A stretch of 64,000 nt of DNA from Candidatus Marinacidobacterales bacterium (GTDB taxonomy: Bacteria; Acidobacteriota; Vicinamibacteria; Marinacidobacterales; DATDRI01), in contig CBDCNP010000002.1 of the NCBI GenBank assembly GCA_965219415.1, positions 4,352,001-4,416,000 on the forward strand. The letters run 5' to 3'. Positions 1-8,564 of the stretch are shown here, piece after piece. The notes under the pieces are model-generated. The model did not search any database and was not told the origin of the DNA. It saw only the letters and a list, made by a program, of their open reading frames with translations. A program made the translations under genes and the position numbers. The stretch's first letter is position 1. Every line of letters starts with the position of its first letter.

Positions 1-901
1 CGAGGGACGCTACCACGCCCCCAAGAATCCAGGAGAAGTGTATCCTGCGGCGCCAGAGCTGAACTAACCCCAAGGAGATGGGCAGTATCGCATAGGCCAC
101 GGCTTGGAAACGCACCAAGGTCAGCAGTCCGGTCGCAGCTCCGAGGACGACCCAAGAGCTCAGAGACGGCGACTCCTCGACCCTCAGCCACGCGGCCAGT
201 GTAGCAGCGGCCAGCCCGAAGGCGATGCCGTGAGCCATGCCGGGCTGTACGAAAAGGTAGAACACGACCGGCGACGTGAGGACCGCCCCCCCCACCGCCA
301 GCAGGGCCACGGCCTCCCGGACGCGGCGGGCGAGGGCTTGGATGAGTAGGAGGGCTCCGATGACGGCGACTGTGAAGGTGCCGGGCAGGGTGGAGCGGAG
401 GTAGGGGATGCTGAACCCGTCTGCGGCGTAGTTGACGAGCCCGAGGGCTCGGCCGACCACGACGTAGCCATGGGCGACGGCAAAGAAGGGGGCCCAGAAC
501 AGGCTCGGCCCGATGGAACCCTCGTTCACCCGATGCCCGGTCCGGGTGATCGGTTTCTCGCTGTATCCCCAGTGGTCCCACTCGTTGGCAAAGTCGATGT
601 CGTGGTCGAAGGCCAGCGATCGCAAATAGGAATAGTACGTGGGGGCGTCCGTCCGGAGCAGATAGGGTTCCGCCCAGGCCCCTGCTCCGTACCCGGTGGC
701 CAGAACCACCGCCACTGCCCACCGACGCCATGTGCCGGCGCGCCAAGCTTCGGCTAAATACCCGCAAAGTGTTAGCAGCGGACCCGCGAGCTGCCCCGCT
801 CGTGTCGCCGGGTCCAGCGCGGCCGCGAAGGACCAAGCGAGGCCGGCAATCACCAAAGCACCTGGAACAAGTCTGACAACGCTTGCCCGGAACCGCCGCA
901 T
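1..901 (-). CDS. Polytopic membrane protein, GT-C/PMT-like glycosyltransferase (runs off window)
   Basis: My own translation of an open minus frame from ATG 901 past base 1. It has many hydrophobic segments and the motifs DAPTYYSYLRSLAFDHDIDFANE and SIGPSLFWAPFF. Absent from the ORF track because no stop lies inside the window. Confidence 0.6.
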   Translation of the reverse strand, partial: MRRFRASVVRLVPGALVIAGLAWSFAAALDPATRAGQLAGPLLTLCGYLAEAWRAGTWRRWAVAVVLATGYGAGAWAEPYLLRTDAPTYYSYLRSLAFDHDIDFANEWDHWGYSEKPITRTGHRVNEGSIGPSLFWAPFFAVAHGYVVVGRALGLVNYAADGFSIPYLRSTLPGTFTVAVIGALLLIQALARRVREAVALLAVGGAVLTSPVVFYLFVQPGMAHGIAFGLAAATLAAWLRVEESPSLSSWVVLGAATGLLTLVRFQAVAYAILPISLGLVQLWRRRIHFSWILGGVVASL

Positions 902-1184
902 GGCGACTATGTTAACGGTAGGGGCCACGATGATATCCCGTCTCTCGTTGAAACTGAGCGATGGCAATCCAACGGTTCTGTAAACCTAATTATCCGAATG
1001 CGCTTCGTTGATGCTAACACCGTTCCGCTGCTCATGACACTGGGCCCGTCCTGTGCCAAAATTTGGCCCCTTTGAAATAGACCGGTGCTTCCGCCATCAA
1101 GTGATGGAATGGACTCCTCCACTGACATAGACGGCATCGATGTGCCAAAGTCAGTCGAATACGCATCGAAAAGGAGGAGTCCAA

Positions 1185-2216
1185 ATGAAAGATACGACAA
1201 TCGCTGTGGATCTTGCAAAGAACGTCTTCGAGATTGCCATCTCGGGAGAAGCGGGGAAGGTGTCCAAGCAACTCCGTGTGAGTCGACCCAAATTGGTGTC
1301 GTTCTTTGCCAAACAGAGCGCTGCCACCGTGCTTCTCGAAGCCTGCGGCTCGGCTCACTTCTGGGCAAGGACGTTCCGAAGGTTGGGACACGACGTCGTC
1401 CTGCTCCCACCTCACCTCGTGAGGCCGTATCGACGCGGGAGCAAGAACGACCGCGCCGACACGAAGGCGTTGCTCGAGGCCTACAGGAACGAGGAGCTTC
1501 TTCCCGTACCCATCAAGTCCGTGCACCAGCACACCCTCGCTGCGCTCCATCGCCTGCGCTCAGGATGGCTCTCCACACGGACCGCACGCATCAATGCCGT
1601 ACGCGGGCTCCTGCGCGAACTCGGATTCATCATCCCAAAGGGCGCTCACTTCGTCGTGCCCGCCCTCTTCGAACTCGTCGAAGACGCTGATTCTGATTTG
1701 CCCGACGTGCTCCGTTCGCATCTCCGTGATGCCTGCTCCGAGATTCGAGAACTCAAGGACAAGTGCGCTAGCATCGAGCACGAGCTCAAGGCGCTCACCA
1801 AGCAGCTTCCTGAAGTCCAACGACTTCTCGCCATTCCCGGCATCGGACTTCTGGCCGCGACCGCCATCGTGGGCTTCGTCGGCGATCTTCGCCGCTTCCC
1901 ATCGGGGCGCCGCTTCTCGAGCTACCTCGGCCTAGTTCCCAAGGAAAACTCCAGTGGCGACATTCGCCGCCTCGGACGCATCACCAAGCGTGGCGACTCC
2001 TACCTCCGTATGCTCCTCACCCAGGGCGGGCGCGCCGTGCTCCGCGCGGCGAACGTCAGCAAGAGCCCGCCCGACAAGCTCCGCGCCTGGGCTCGGAAGG
2101 TCCACCGCTCGCGGGGACACAACAAGGCCGTGATTGCTGTCGCCAACAAACTCGCCCGGATCGTCTGGGCCGTCTCCACCCGCGAGAGTGAATTCCAGTC
2201 GCCGGTGGCCGCTTAG
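1185..2216 (+). CDS. IS110-family recombinase/transposase (DEDD RuvC-like + Transposase_20)
   Basis: IAVDLAKNVF, LLEACGSAHFW, KNDRADT, IPGIG, YLGLVPKENSSG, AVANKLARIVWA. RBS GGAGG precedes ATG 1185. Confidence 0.95.
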   Translation: MKDTTIAVDLAKNVFEIAISGEAGKVSKQLRVSRPKLVSFFAKQSAATVLLEACGSAHFWARTFRRLGHDVVLLPPHLVRPYRRGSKNDRADTKALLEAYRNEELLPVPIKSVHQHTLAALHRLRSGWLSTRTARINAVRGLLRELGFIIPKGAHFVVPALFELVEDADSDLPDVLRSHLRDACSEIRELKDKCASIEHELKALTKQLPEVQRLLAIPGIGLLAATAIVGFVGDLRRFPSGRRFSSYLGLVPKENSSGDIRRLGRITKRGDSYLRMLLTQGGRAVLRAANVSKSPPDKLRAWARKVHRSRGHNKAVIAVANKLARIVWAVSTRESEFQSPVAA

Positions 2217-2259
2217 ATTTAGAGGCTCCACTTTCGTGTTTTCCTTTTTCCCTTCCAAA

Positions 2260-2450
2260 AGAGGCTGCGACGATACCCATCCAACTGATGGCGTACCGGT
2301 CGGACCGGCGCGGGGTCAAGCCAATAGCAACACTGGCCCTAAGAGGTCGTTCAAAGTGATTGGCTCCTCGCGCGCGGATTTTCCATCATGGCCCGGAGCA
2401 CCCAAGACGCTCCTCACTGAGGCCGAAGATACGTTTGCAGTCTGACCCAC
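2260..2450 (+). ncRNA. Putative bridge/seek RNA of the IS110 element
   Basis: Two stem-bounded internal loops. AGCCAAT/ATTGGCT encloses target-matching segments; GCGGA/TTTGC and GGCC/GGCC enclose donor-matching segments. Ends are approximate. Confidence 0.75.
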
Positions 2451-2995
2451 TCGTCACGACGCGATGGATGCGCAGCTTCGATGGAAGATTTATTAAGAAA
2501 GGGGCGTGACTAGAAAGAAAGGGGCTTGACTAGAGGAGTCCAGATATGTTGCTACGCGGCTGCGGGCAGTGGTACAGGTGCGGAAGAGACCGGGTTGCGC
2601 GCCTCAGTGAGCAGTAAAACCTCGATCCGCGACCACAAAGGAATCGTCGTCGCCAAGAAGATGTCTCGAAAGGTGAGCCGTCGCGTGGTCAGACCGGCCT
2701 GCATAGCCGGAGTTCGGATCTCACGTCCGAACTTCAGAGTTCCGTGCGGTCGGACGAAGTTGTAATAGCAACGGAGCAACTCCATGTGCTCATCGAGCCT
2801 CTCCGTCGAGCGAGTGTGGGAAAGCGTTCGTCTCGAAAGGTATGCCGAGCTTTGCCGGATCGTCAGATTTAACCGCTCGATGAACGACGTGTTCAATGTC
2901 GAGGAGTCCTCGGAGTTATTGAGCGTGTCTTCGAATCGCCACGCGGCTCCGTGCAGCGCTCTCCGTTCGACCTTGATGATACGACCGTTCCTGCG

Positions 2996-3209
2996 CGTCC
3001 TGTGCCAAAACTCGGCCCTCTTGAAATAGCCGATAAATCAGCAGCTTAGCGTCTGTGTTTTGCGACGGTGCCAAGGGCTGTGGGCTTACAATCGTCTGGC
3101 CCGAGGGTGTTATCTTCGGATCCATCATGACGTACCATGTGCAAATCCTACTGTTGGTCAGGCAGCCGTTGTTCGATCGGGCAGCCCTGCTGCTCACACA
3201 GACCTCATG
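2996..3209 (+). mobile_element. Left-end remnant of the rve (integrase-core) element family with CGTCCTGTGCCAAAA terminus
   Basis: Homologous to 13643 onward, including the start MTYHVQ. Nearly identical to 31463-31677. Confidence 0.75.
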
Positions 3210-3375
3210 GGTGCTTCCGCCATCAAGTGTTGGTGAGATGACGCTAAGACTTTACAGTGCATTAAGTTACAGTCAAAATAGCGCTTGTGACCTTCCCCGC
3301 GCGCTAAATGGAGCGTAAGTGCCTCTTTTGCAAAGGGATGCGTACATATCACCAACAGTAAACAGCGGAAGCACC
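3210..3375 (+). mobile_element. 166-bp IS1-type MITE (copy 1)
   Basis: Ends ggtgcttccgccatcaagtgttgg ... ccaacagtaaacagcggaagcacc; 11 full copies in the window. Confidence 0.85.
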
Positions 3376-3536
3376 TCGCGTTCCAGAACCTAGCGCTTTA
3401 CGCGCAGCGCCTCGGCAAACACCTGGTACAAGATGATCCGGGAGTGCGGGTGGAAGCGTCCCCGGAGGCACGTGCATCCGGCGAAGCCCAAGGAAGGCCT
3501 CAGAACAACGCGCCCCAACGAGTATTGGCAAATCGA
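3376..3536 (+). pseudogene. Integrase-core transposase fragment
   Basis: TWYKMIRECGWKRPRRHVHPAKPKEGLRTTRPNEYWQID, cut by the IS5 element. Confidence 0.55.
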
Positions 3537-3537
3537 T

Positions 3538-4622
3538 GCCTTGGTGCACAACTCCGATAGAGGCCGAGAGCTCACTTGGCCCCGACTCCCATCATCCGAT
3601 CATCTCGCTATCAGGCATCCCGAGCGCCGTCATGGTGTTGAGAATCTTGCACCCGATCCTTGCCTCACCTCTCTGTGCCGCCAACCCTCTCGCTCGCATC
3701 GCTGAGCCCACGATAGCCTTGTAGCGATGGAACGTTGTCTCGACTTTGCTCCGTTTGCTGTAGTCCGATTCTGTGTGCCACTTTCGTTTGCCGAGCCGAG
3801 CTTGTGCTGCAATGTTGCGATTGCGCTGTCGGCTGCTCGCCGGCCCCGATGCGAGCAGGGCGCCCTTGCGCGGCGGTATCAGCACCCTCGGCGAGCGATG
3901 AGCGCTGTGATTCTCGATTGCCTCATAGACGCCGCCGGCGTCGTATGCGGTGTCAGCTCTGGCCGATGAGATGGGACTGTCGATCTGTCCGACAAGCGAT
4001 GCAACCCGCGATGAATCGCGGGCTCTTTTGCTCGTCAGCTCGCCGGCGACGACTTCGCCACTCTGCTCGTCGACACACAGATGGAGCTTGCGATAGTCCC
4101 TGCTCTTTTGTGCTCTGCGCAGCTGGCCGGCGTGGACAGCGAGACCGCTGCTGTCGATCAAGATGTGCAACGGCGTCTTCTGCTTGACTGGGTAGAAGGG
4201 GACCTTACCCAGCTTCGGCTTGCGCCTCGAGCTCGTGGTGTGATCGGGCACATCATTGTCTAGCTTCATCAGAGCGAACAACGACCGCAGCAATCCCTCG
4301 CTCTGCCTAGATGACAGATGAAACACCATGCCCAGGGTGACAGCCGTCTCGATGGCGTGGTTCGAGTACCTGCGTTGACGGCCCGGTTTCCTCCTCCTTG
4401 GCCGGAGCGCGTCCCAGTTCACAAGCTTGCCGGCGGTGAGCGAGATCCAGACGGTCAGGCTCCCGCGGTTGCGTAGACCCGCCTCATATTCACGCCAATT
4501 CCTCACGCGATAGGCCTTCTTCACATACTTCCGCTGAGTGCGTTTGAAAATGCTCATGGGGAACCTCGTATCCGCGAGTACAGGACAATTGTGGACCGAG
4601 ATCGAGAGTTGTGCACCAAGGC
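3538..4622 (-). mobile_element. IS5-family (IS903-like) element
   Basis: Perfect IR gccttggtgcacaactc / gagttgtgcaccaaggc. Confidence 0.85.
3592..4557 (-). CDS. IS5-family transposase (IS903 group)
   Basis: YRVRNWREYEAGLRNRGSLTVW, VPDHTT, IDSSGL, YRKLHL, ADTAYD, RSKVETTFHRYK. The start inside the IR is ATG 4557. Confidence 0.9.
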   Translation of the reverse strand: MSIFKRTQRKYVKKAYRVRNWREYEAGLRNRGSLTVWISLTAGKLVNWDALRPRRRKPGRQRRYSNHAIETAVTLGMVFHLSSRQSEGLLRSLFALMKLDNDVPDHTTSSRRKPKLGKVPFYPVKQKTPLHILIDSSGLAVHAGQLRRAQKSRDYRKLHLCVDEQSGEVVAGELTSKRARDSSRVASLVGQIDSPISSARADTAYDAGGVYEAIENHSAHRSPRVLIPPRKGALLASGPASSRQRNRNIAAQARLGKRKWHTESDYSKRSKVETTFHRYKAIVGSAMRARGLAAQRGEARIGCKILNTMTALGMPDSEMIG

Positions 4623-4670
4623 ACTGATTCACCACGTCAGGGCTGTGAACCCTCTGACGTAGATCTACCC

Positions 4671-5956
4671 TGTCCATCATCATTATTAATCCGGGACTGG
4701 ACTCTAGGGCCCAGACCGCCCTCGAGCACATGCTGGAGAGCGTGGTCAGCGCGCGAGGGAAGGTGCTGAGGACAAACTTCTCGGCGACCAGCCGAGTAAC
4801 GCGAGCGACCAAGCTGACTCAAGCTGCCTCTCGCCACTCGTATCGATGGTGCAGTCCACCGACTCGCGGCAGTGCGACTACTTTCGCCGTAGGAGACGGT
4901 CGGTGCGTGACCGTTCTCAAGCTCGGTGTGTCCTTGTTCAGCCCCAAGTGGCAACGGTCCTCATGATAGTAGCTGATGTAAGCTCGCACGAGCCGGATGA
5001 GATGACATGCGCCGAGAACCACGACGTGCTCAAGGAGCTCGCGACGGCAGCTGCCGACCCACCGCTCCGCGGTTCCGTTTTGCCATGGGCTGCGAAGCGA
5101 AGTGCGAACGGGTTTTGTGCCCGTTGCCTTGATGAACTCGATGACCGCAGCGTTAAAGATGAAGTCGCGATCGAAGATGAGATATCTCGGAGCGGTGTCG
5201 TAGGGAAACGCCTCGCGGAGTTGCTGAATAACCCAAGCAGACGTCGGGTGGAACGTGGCGTTGAAGTGAACGATGTGCCGGCGACCGTGCTCGATGACGA
5301 AGAAGCCGTACAGCAGCCGGAGCGACGCGGTGGGCACGGTGAACAGATCCATGGCGGCGATATCGTCTTTATGGTTGCGCAAGAAAGCCATCCATCGTTT
5401 CAGCTGGTCGGGCTCCGCGGGACGCCGCGGCAGGTATCGCGACACCGTGCTCTCGGAGATGATGAAACCGAGCTTGGTGAGCTCAGCATGGATGCGTGGC
5501 GCCCCCCAGCCGTCTTGCGCCATCGTGCGGACGACGCGACGAATCTCGGCATCAATCCGAGGCCGACCGGGATGGCGGCGCTGCGAGATCTTTGCCCAGT
5601 ACCGTCGGAATCGGTCGCGATGCCAACGGGCTACGGTGTCCGCGTGGACGATGAGCAGGCGGCTCGCCCACACGGGCCACGAACCTCGAAGGGCAACCCA
5701 GAAAGCCCGTTCCGTGTCTTCGAGCGGTGGGCGTGGGCGCTCTTTCTTCAGCGCCGTCACTTGCTGCCGCAAAGCGACGTTCTCCAACACCAGATCGGCG
5801 CGGCGCCGACACATCGCCCGAATGGCACGGACGCCAAGTGAGACGAGGAAGACAACAACGTTGAGCATAGCGGCGGAGTTTCGCCGTCTTCGGTCCGGAA
5901 TTCAAGCGGAGCGTAAGTCCTTGATTTCGTGGGCGGAGCAGTTTTGACGATGCACA
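4671..5956 (-). mobile_element. IS481-like integrase-core IS, copy 1; transposase CDS 4819-5868 (349 aa)
   Basis: TGT-ended imperfect IRs (TGTGCATCGTCAAAAC / TGTCCATCATCATTAT). Motifs WGAPRIHAEL, AMDLFTV, IFDRD, SPWQNGTAERW. Confidence 0.85.
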
Positions 5957-5978
5957 GCTGTTTTTTTTGCTTTCGGCC

Positions 5979-6719
5979 CTATGTTTTGGAGGTCAGGGAC
6001 GCACGAATACCGGGGTAAGCGACTCGGCTGTGGGTGAGCCCGGCATCCAGGAGAACCGCCAGTGTATGGATGGTGACGGCAAGCGGGTCGATGAGGGGCA
6101 CGCTCAACTTCATGGCCTCTAGTTTCTTCCGGAGATCTCTGGCAAGAAACGCGAACCCCGTGCAGCAAAGCACCAGCGTGTCAGCATTCGCTCCGCAGAT
6201 CGCTCTCCGGGCTGCTTCGACCAGTAAAGCTGTGGTTCGTCCCGGATCGGCCCCTATCTCATCGGGCGGAATACCAACTACTTCGCAGGACGCGAGCCGC
6301 GCGCCCAGCCCTACCTTCTCCGCCTGTTCCTCGAAATAACGCGCAGAGAACTCGCTGGTCACCAGGAGACTAAACCGTCGCCCCACCAAGGTGGCCACAT
6401 GCATCGAGGTTTGGCCGGGCCCGAGCACCGGGATGGCAACATTCTCGCGCATCTCCCGCACGCCGGGATCGGCCATGCAGTTGACGACGATTCCTTCCAC
6501 CCCTTCCCGCTCGGCCTTCACGGCATTCGTGATGAGCTGGGGTACAGAAAGACTGAGCGCGGTGACGGATTCCGTTGTTTCGAGCTCCGGCTCCCCTTCT
6601 GGGTAGCCTACGCTGAGGGTCAAACCCTCGCCGCCATAGCGCTCGTTTACTTGGCGATGCAGTTCCTCCGACCGATCTTTCTTTGGCACGAAGGCCCCAA
6701 CTAGTCTGATGTGTTTCAT
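5979..6719 (-). CDS. Asp/Glu/hydantoin racemase family protein
   Basis: Two catalytic Cys motifs, VVNCMADPG and LVLCCTGF. Confidence 0.85.
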   Translation of the reverse strand: MKHIRLVGAFVPKKDRSEELHRQVNERYGGEGLTLSVGYPEGEPELETTESVTALSLSVPQLITNAVKAEREGVEGIVVNCMADPGVREMRENVAIPVLGPGQTSMHVATLVGRRFSLLVTSEFSARYFEEQAEKVGLGARLASCEVVGIPPDEIGADPGRTTALLVEAARRAICGANADTLVLCCTGFAFLARDLRKKLEAMKLSVPLIDPLAVTIHTLAVLLDAGLTHSRVAYPGIRASLTSKT

Positions 6720-7129
6720 TCGAGACTACCCAAAATGATACTACCACTCCCCGGGCCGGCGCAATCACTGCTTACGGTCGTCGAGCTTGCCCAGACGAGC
6801 CAAGCTGTTCGCAAGGTGGAGCCTGTGCTCCGCAAAAAGTCGATCCCGTCCTGTGCCAAAACTCAGCCCTTTTGAAATAGCCCATAAATCAGCAACTTAG
6901 AGTCTGTGTTTGCGGCCGTGCCCAGGGCCGAGCGCGAACAAACGACGAAATCATGCCGGCATAGTCCCGGCAGATCGGAGACCGATCAGGTTCGGGTCGG
7001 CGCGGATGAATAAATAGAAGGCACAGGCCACCCGAGGGGCTCAGAATCGAGGCCGGGGCTACCGTGGCGTAGCTGGCCGAGCACGTTCTGGTCCAGGTGC
7101 GCCCGGGCCTCCTTTATGTCTATTTTTCT

Positions 7130-8513
7130 GGGTTTACGCGGATTCGTGTGGGTAAGTTCTGACGGAAAAACAGTGTAACTCATTGTGTGGAAAAGGTATC
7201 GAGTACTTCATCAGGTGCTGAAAAGTGGTCCATTTTTAGGATAGGCTAACCGAGTGAAAAATTCCCAGTCGATCCGCTCGCTGTTTGCGCTGCCAGGTTT
7301 CGTGGTTGGTGCCGGATTGAAGGGTCTATTCGGTGACCGATACGCCCGTGTCATCCAGCTCAAGAGGCGAAAAAAACAGCTGTGTGCTCTTACTGTGGGC
7401 AACGGTGCCGGGGGCGCTATGACAAGCAAGTGTGCCGGGTCCGCGACCTGTCGTTGGCAGGCTGGCGGATCTATCTGGAATACGAGCGTTGGCGCGTCAA
7501 CTGTTCTGGGTGCGGCGGTGTGCATGTAGAACACCTAGACTGGCTGGCGAACAACTCGCGCTACACCCAGCGTTTTGCGACGCATGTGGGCAAGCTGCGC
7601 CGGGATATGCCGAACAAGGCGGTGGCCGAGATGGAACGTCTGCACCACGGTACGGTGAAGGCTCTGGATACGCTCTACATGCAAGAGCAGGTCGACCGGG
7701 CGGGGCTACCGGCGCCTCGGGCCATCGGTGTCGATGAGATCTCCATCCGCAAGGGACATAACTATCGCGTCATTGTCAGCGACCTGGAGCGGGCGCGTCC
7801 CATCTGGGTGGGCGGTGAGGGTCGCAAAGAAACCGACATCGATTTGTTCTTCAAGGCGCTGGGCGGAAAGAAAAGCGCCCGTATCAAGCTGGCCGCCATG
7901 GATATGTGGAAGCCCTTCCGGAACTCGGTGATTCACAACGCGCCTAATGCGCGGATCATCTTCGACAAGTTTCATATCATGCGTCATCTGTCAAAGGCCC
8001 TCGATGAGGTCCGGCGCGGTGAGTACAAACGCCTCAGCGGCAAGGACCGGTCGTACATCAAGGGGCAGCGTTACACTTTGCTTTCCCGGCGGGAGAACCT
8101 GAGCCTAGACGGTCGCCGCGCACTCAAAAAGTTGCTCCAGGCCAACCGGCGCCTGAACACCGCCTATATTTTGAAGGAGGCCTTCGGGCAACTCTGGGAT
8201 TACCGCACCGAACGCGGCGCTCGCGCCTTTTTCACTCGTTGGAAAGACAGCCTCAAATGGCAACGCCTGCATCCGTACCAGAAGTTCGCCGGTATGATTG
8301 AGTCCCATTGGGATGGTATCGCCTCCTACTGTCATCCGGAGAACAAAGTCAGTCTCGGCCTAGTTGAAGGGGTCAACAACAAAATCCGTGTTCTGCAACG
8401 ACGCGCCTACGGCTATCGCGACGAGGAATATCTCAAGCTGAAGATCGTGGCGGCTTTCCTTCCGCCATTACCCAGAAATGCAGTTTTCAACCCACACGAA
8501 TCCGCGTAGACCC
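7130..8513 (+). mobile_element. ISL3-family element
   Basis: 23-bp IR gggtttacgcggattcgtgtggg / cccacacgaatccgcgtagaccc. 8-bp TSD ATTTTTCT at 7122-7129 and 8514-8521. Confidence 0.92.
7254..8509 (+). CDS. ISL3 transposase, split over two frames at an A7 run (7370-7376)
   Basis: Zinc finger CSYC..CSGC, IGVDE, AMDMW, FDKFH, EGVNNKI, AYGYRD. Confidence 0.85.
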
Positions 8514-8564
8514 ATTTTTCTCCAGCCTGGATCGAGGTCTTCGCCCAGGGAGCGTGGCATCCCG

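Larger units (their letters stand above)
1104..2548 (+). mobile_element. IS110-family element (IS1111-type architecture)
   Basis: Subterminal IR tggactcctc (1110-1119) / gaggagtcca (2533-2542), TG core at both junctions (1102-1103 and 2547-2548), and a long right non-coding end. Confidence 0.9.
1084..2995 (-). mobile_element. IS1-family element, 3' part, with its terminal IR split by an IS110 insertion
   Basis: ggtgcttccgccatcaagtg (1084-1103) plus ttgctacgcggctgcgggc (from 2549) rebuilds the IS1 end seen intact at 48829. 2552-2995 encodes the transposase C-terminus (NTSFIERLNLTIRQ). Confidence 0.85.

Noticed and set aside
4846-5841. Long antisense ORFs over transposases (also 48846-49994, 53543-54604, 56432-57427)
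   Set aside because: Shadow frames of GC-rich coding DNA, repeated only because the IS is repeated.
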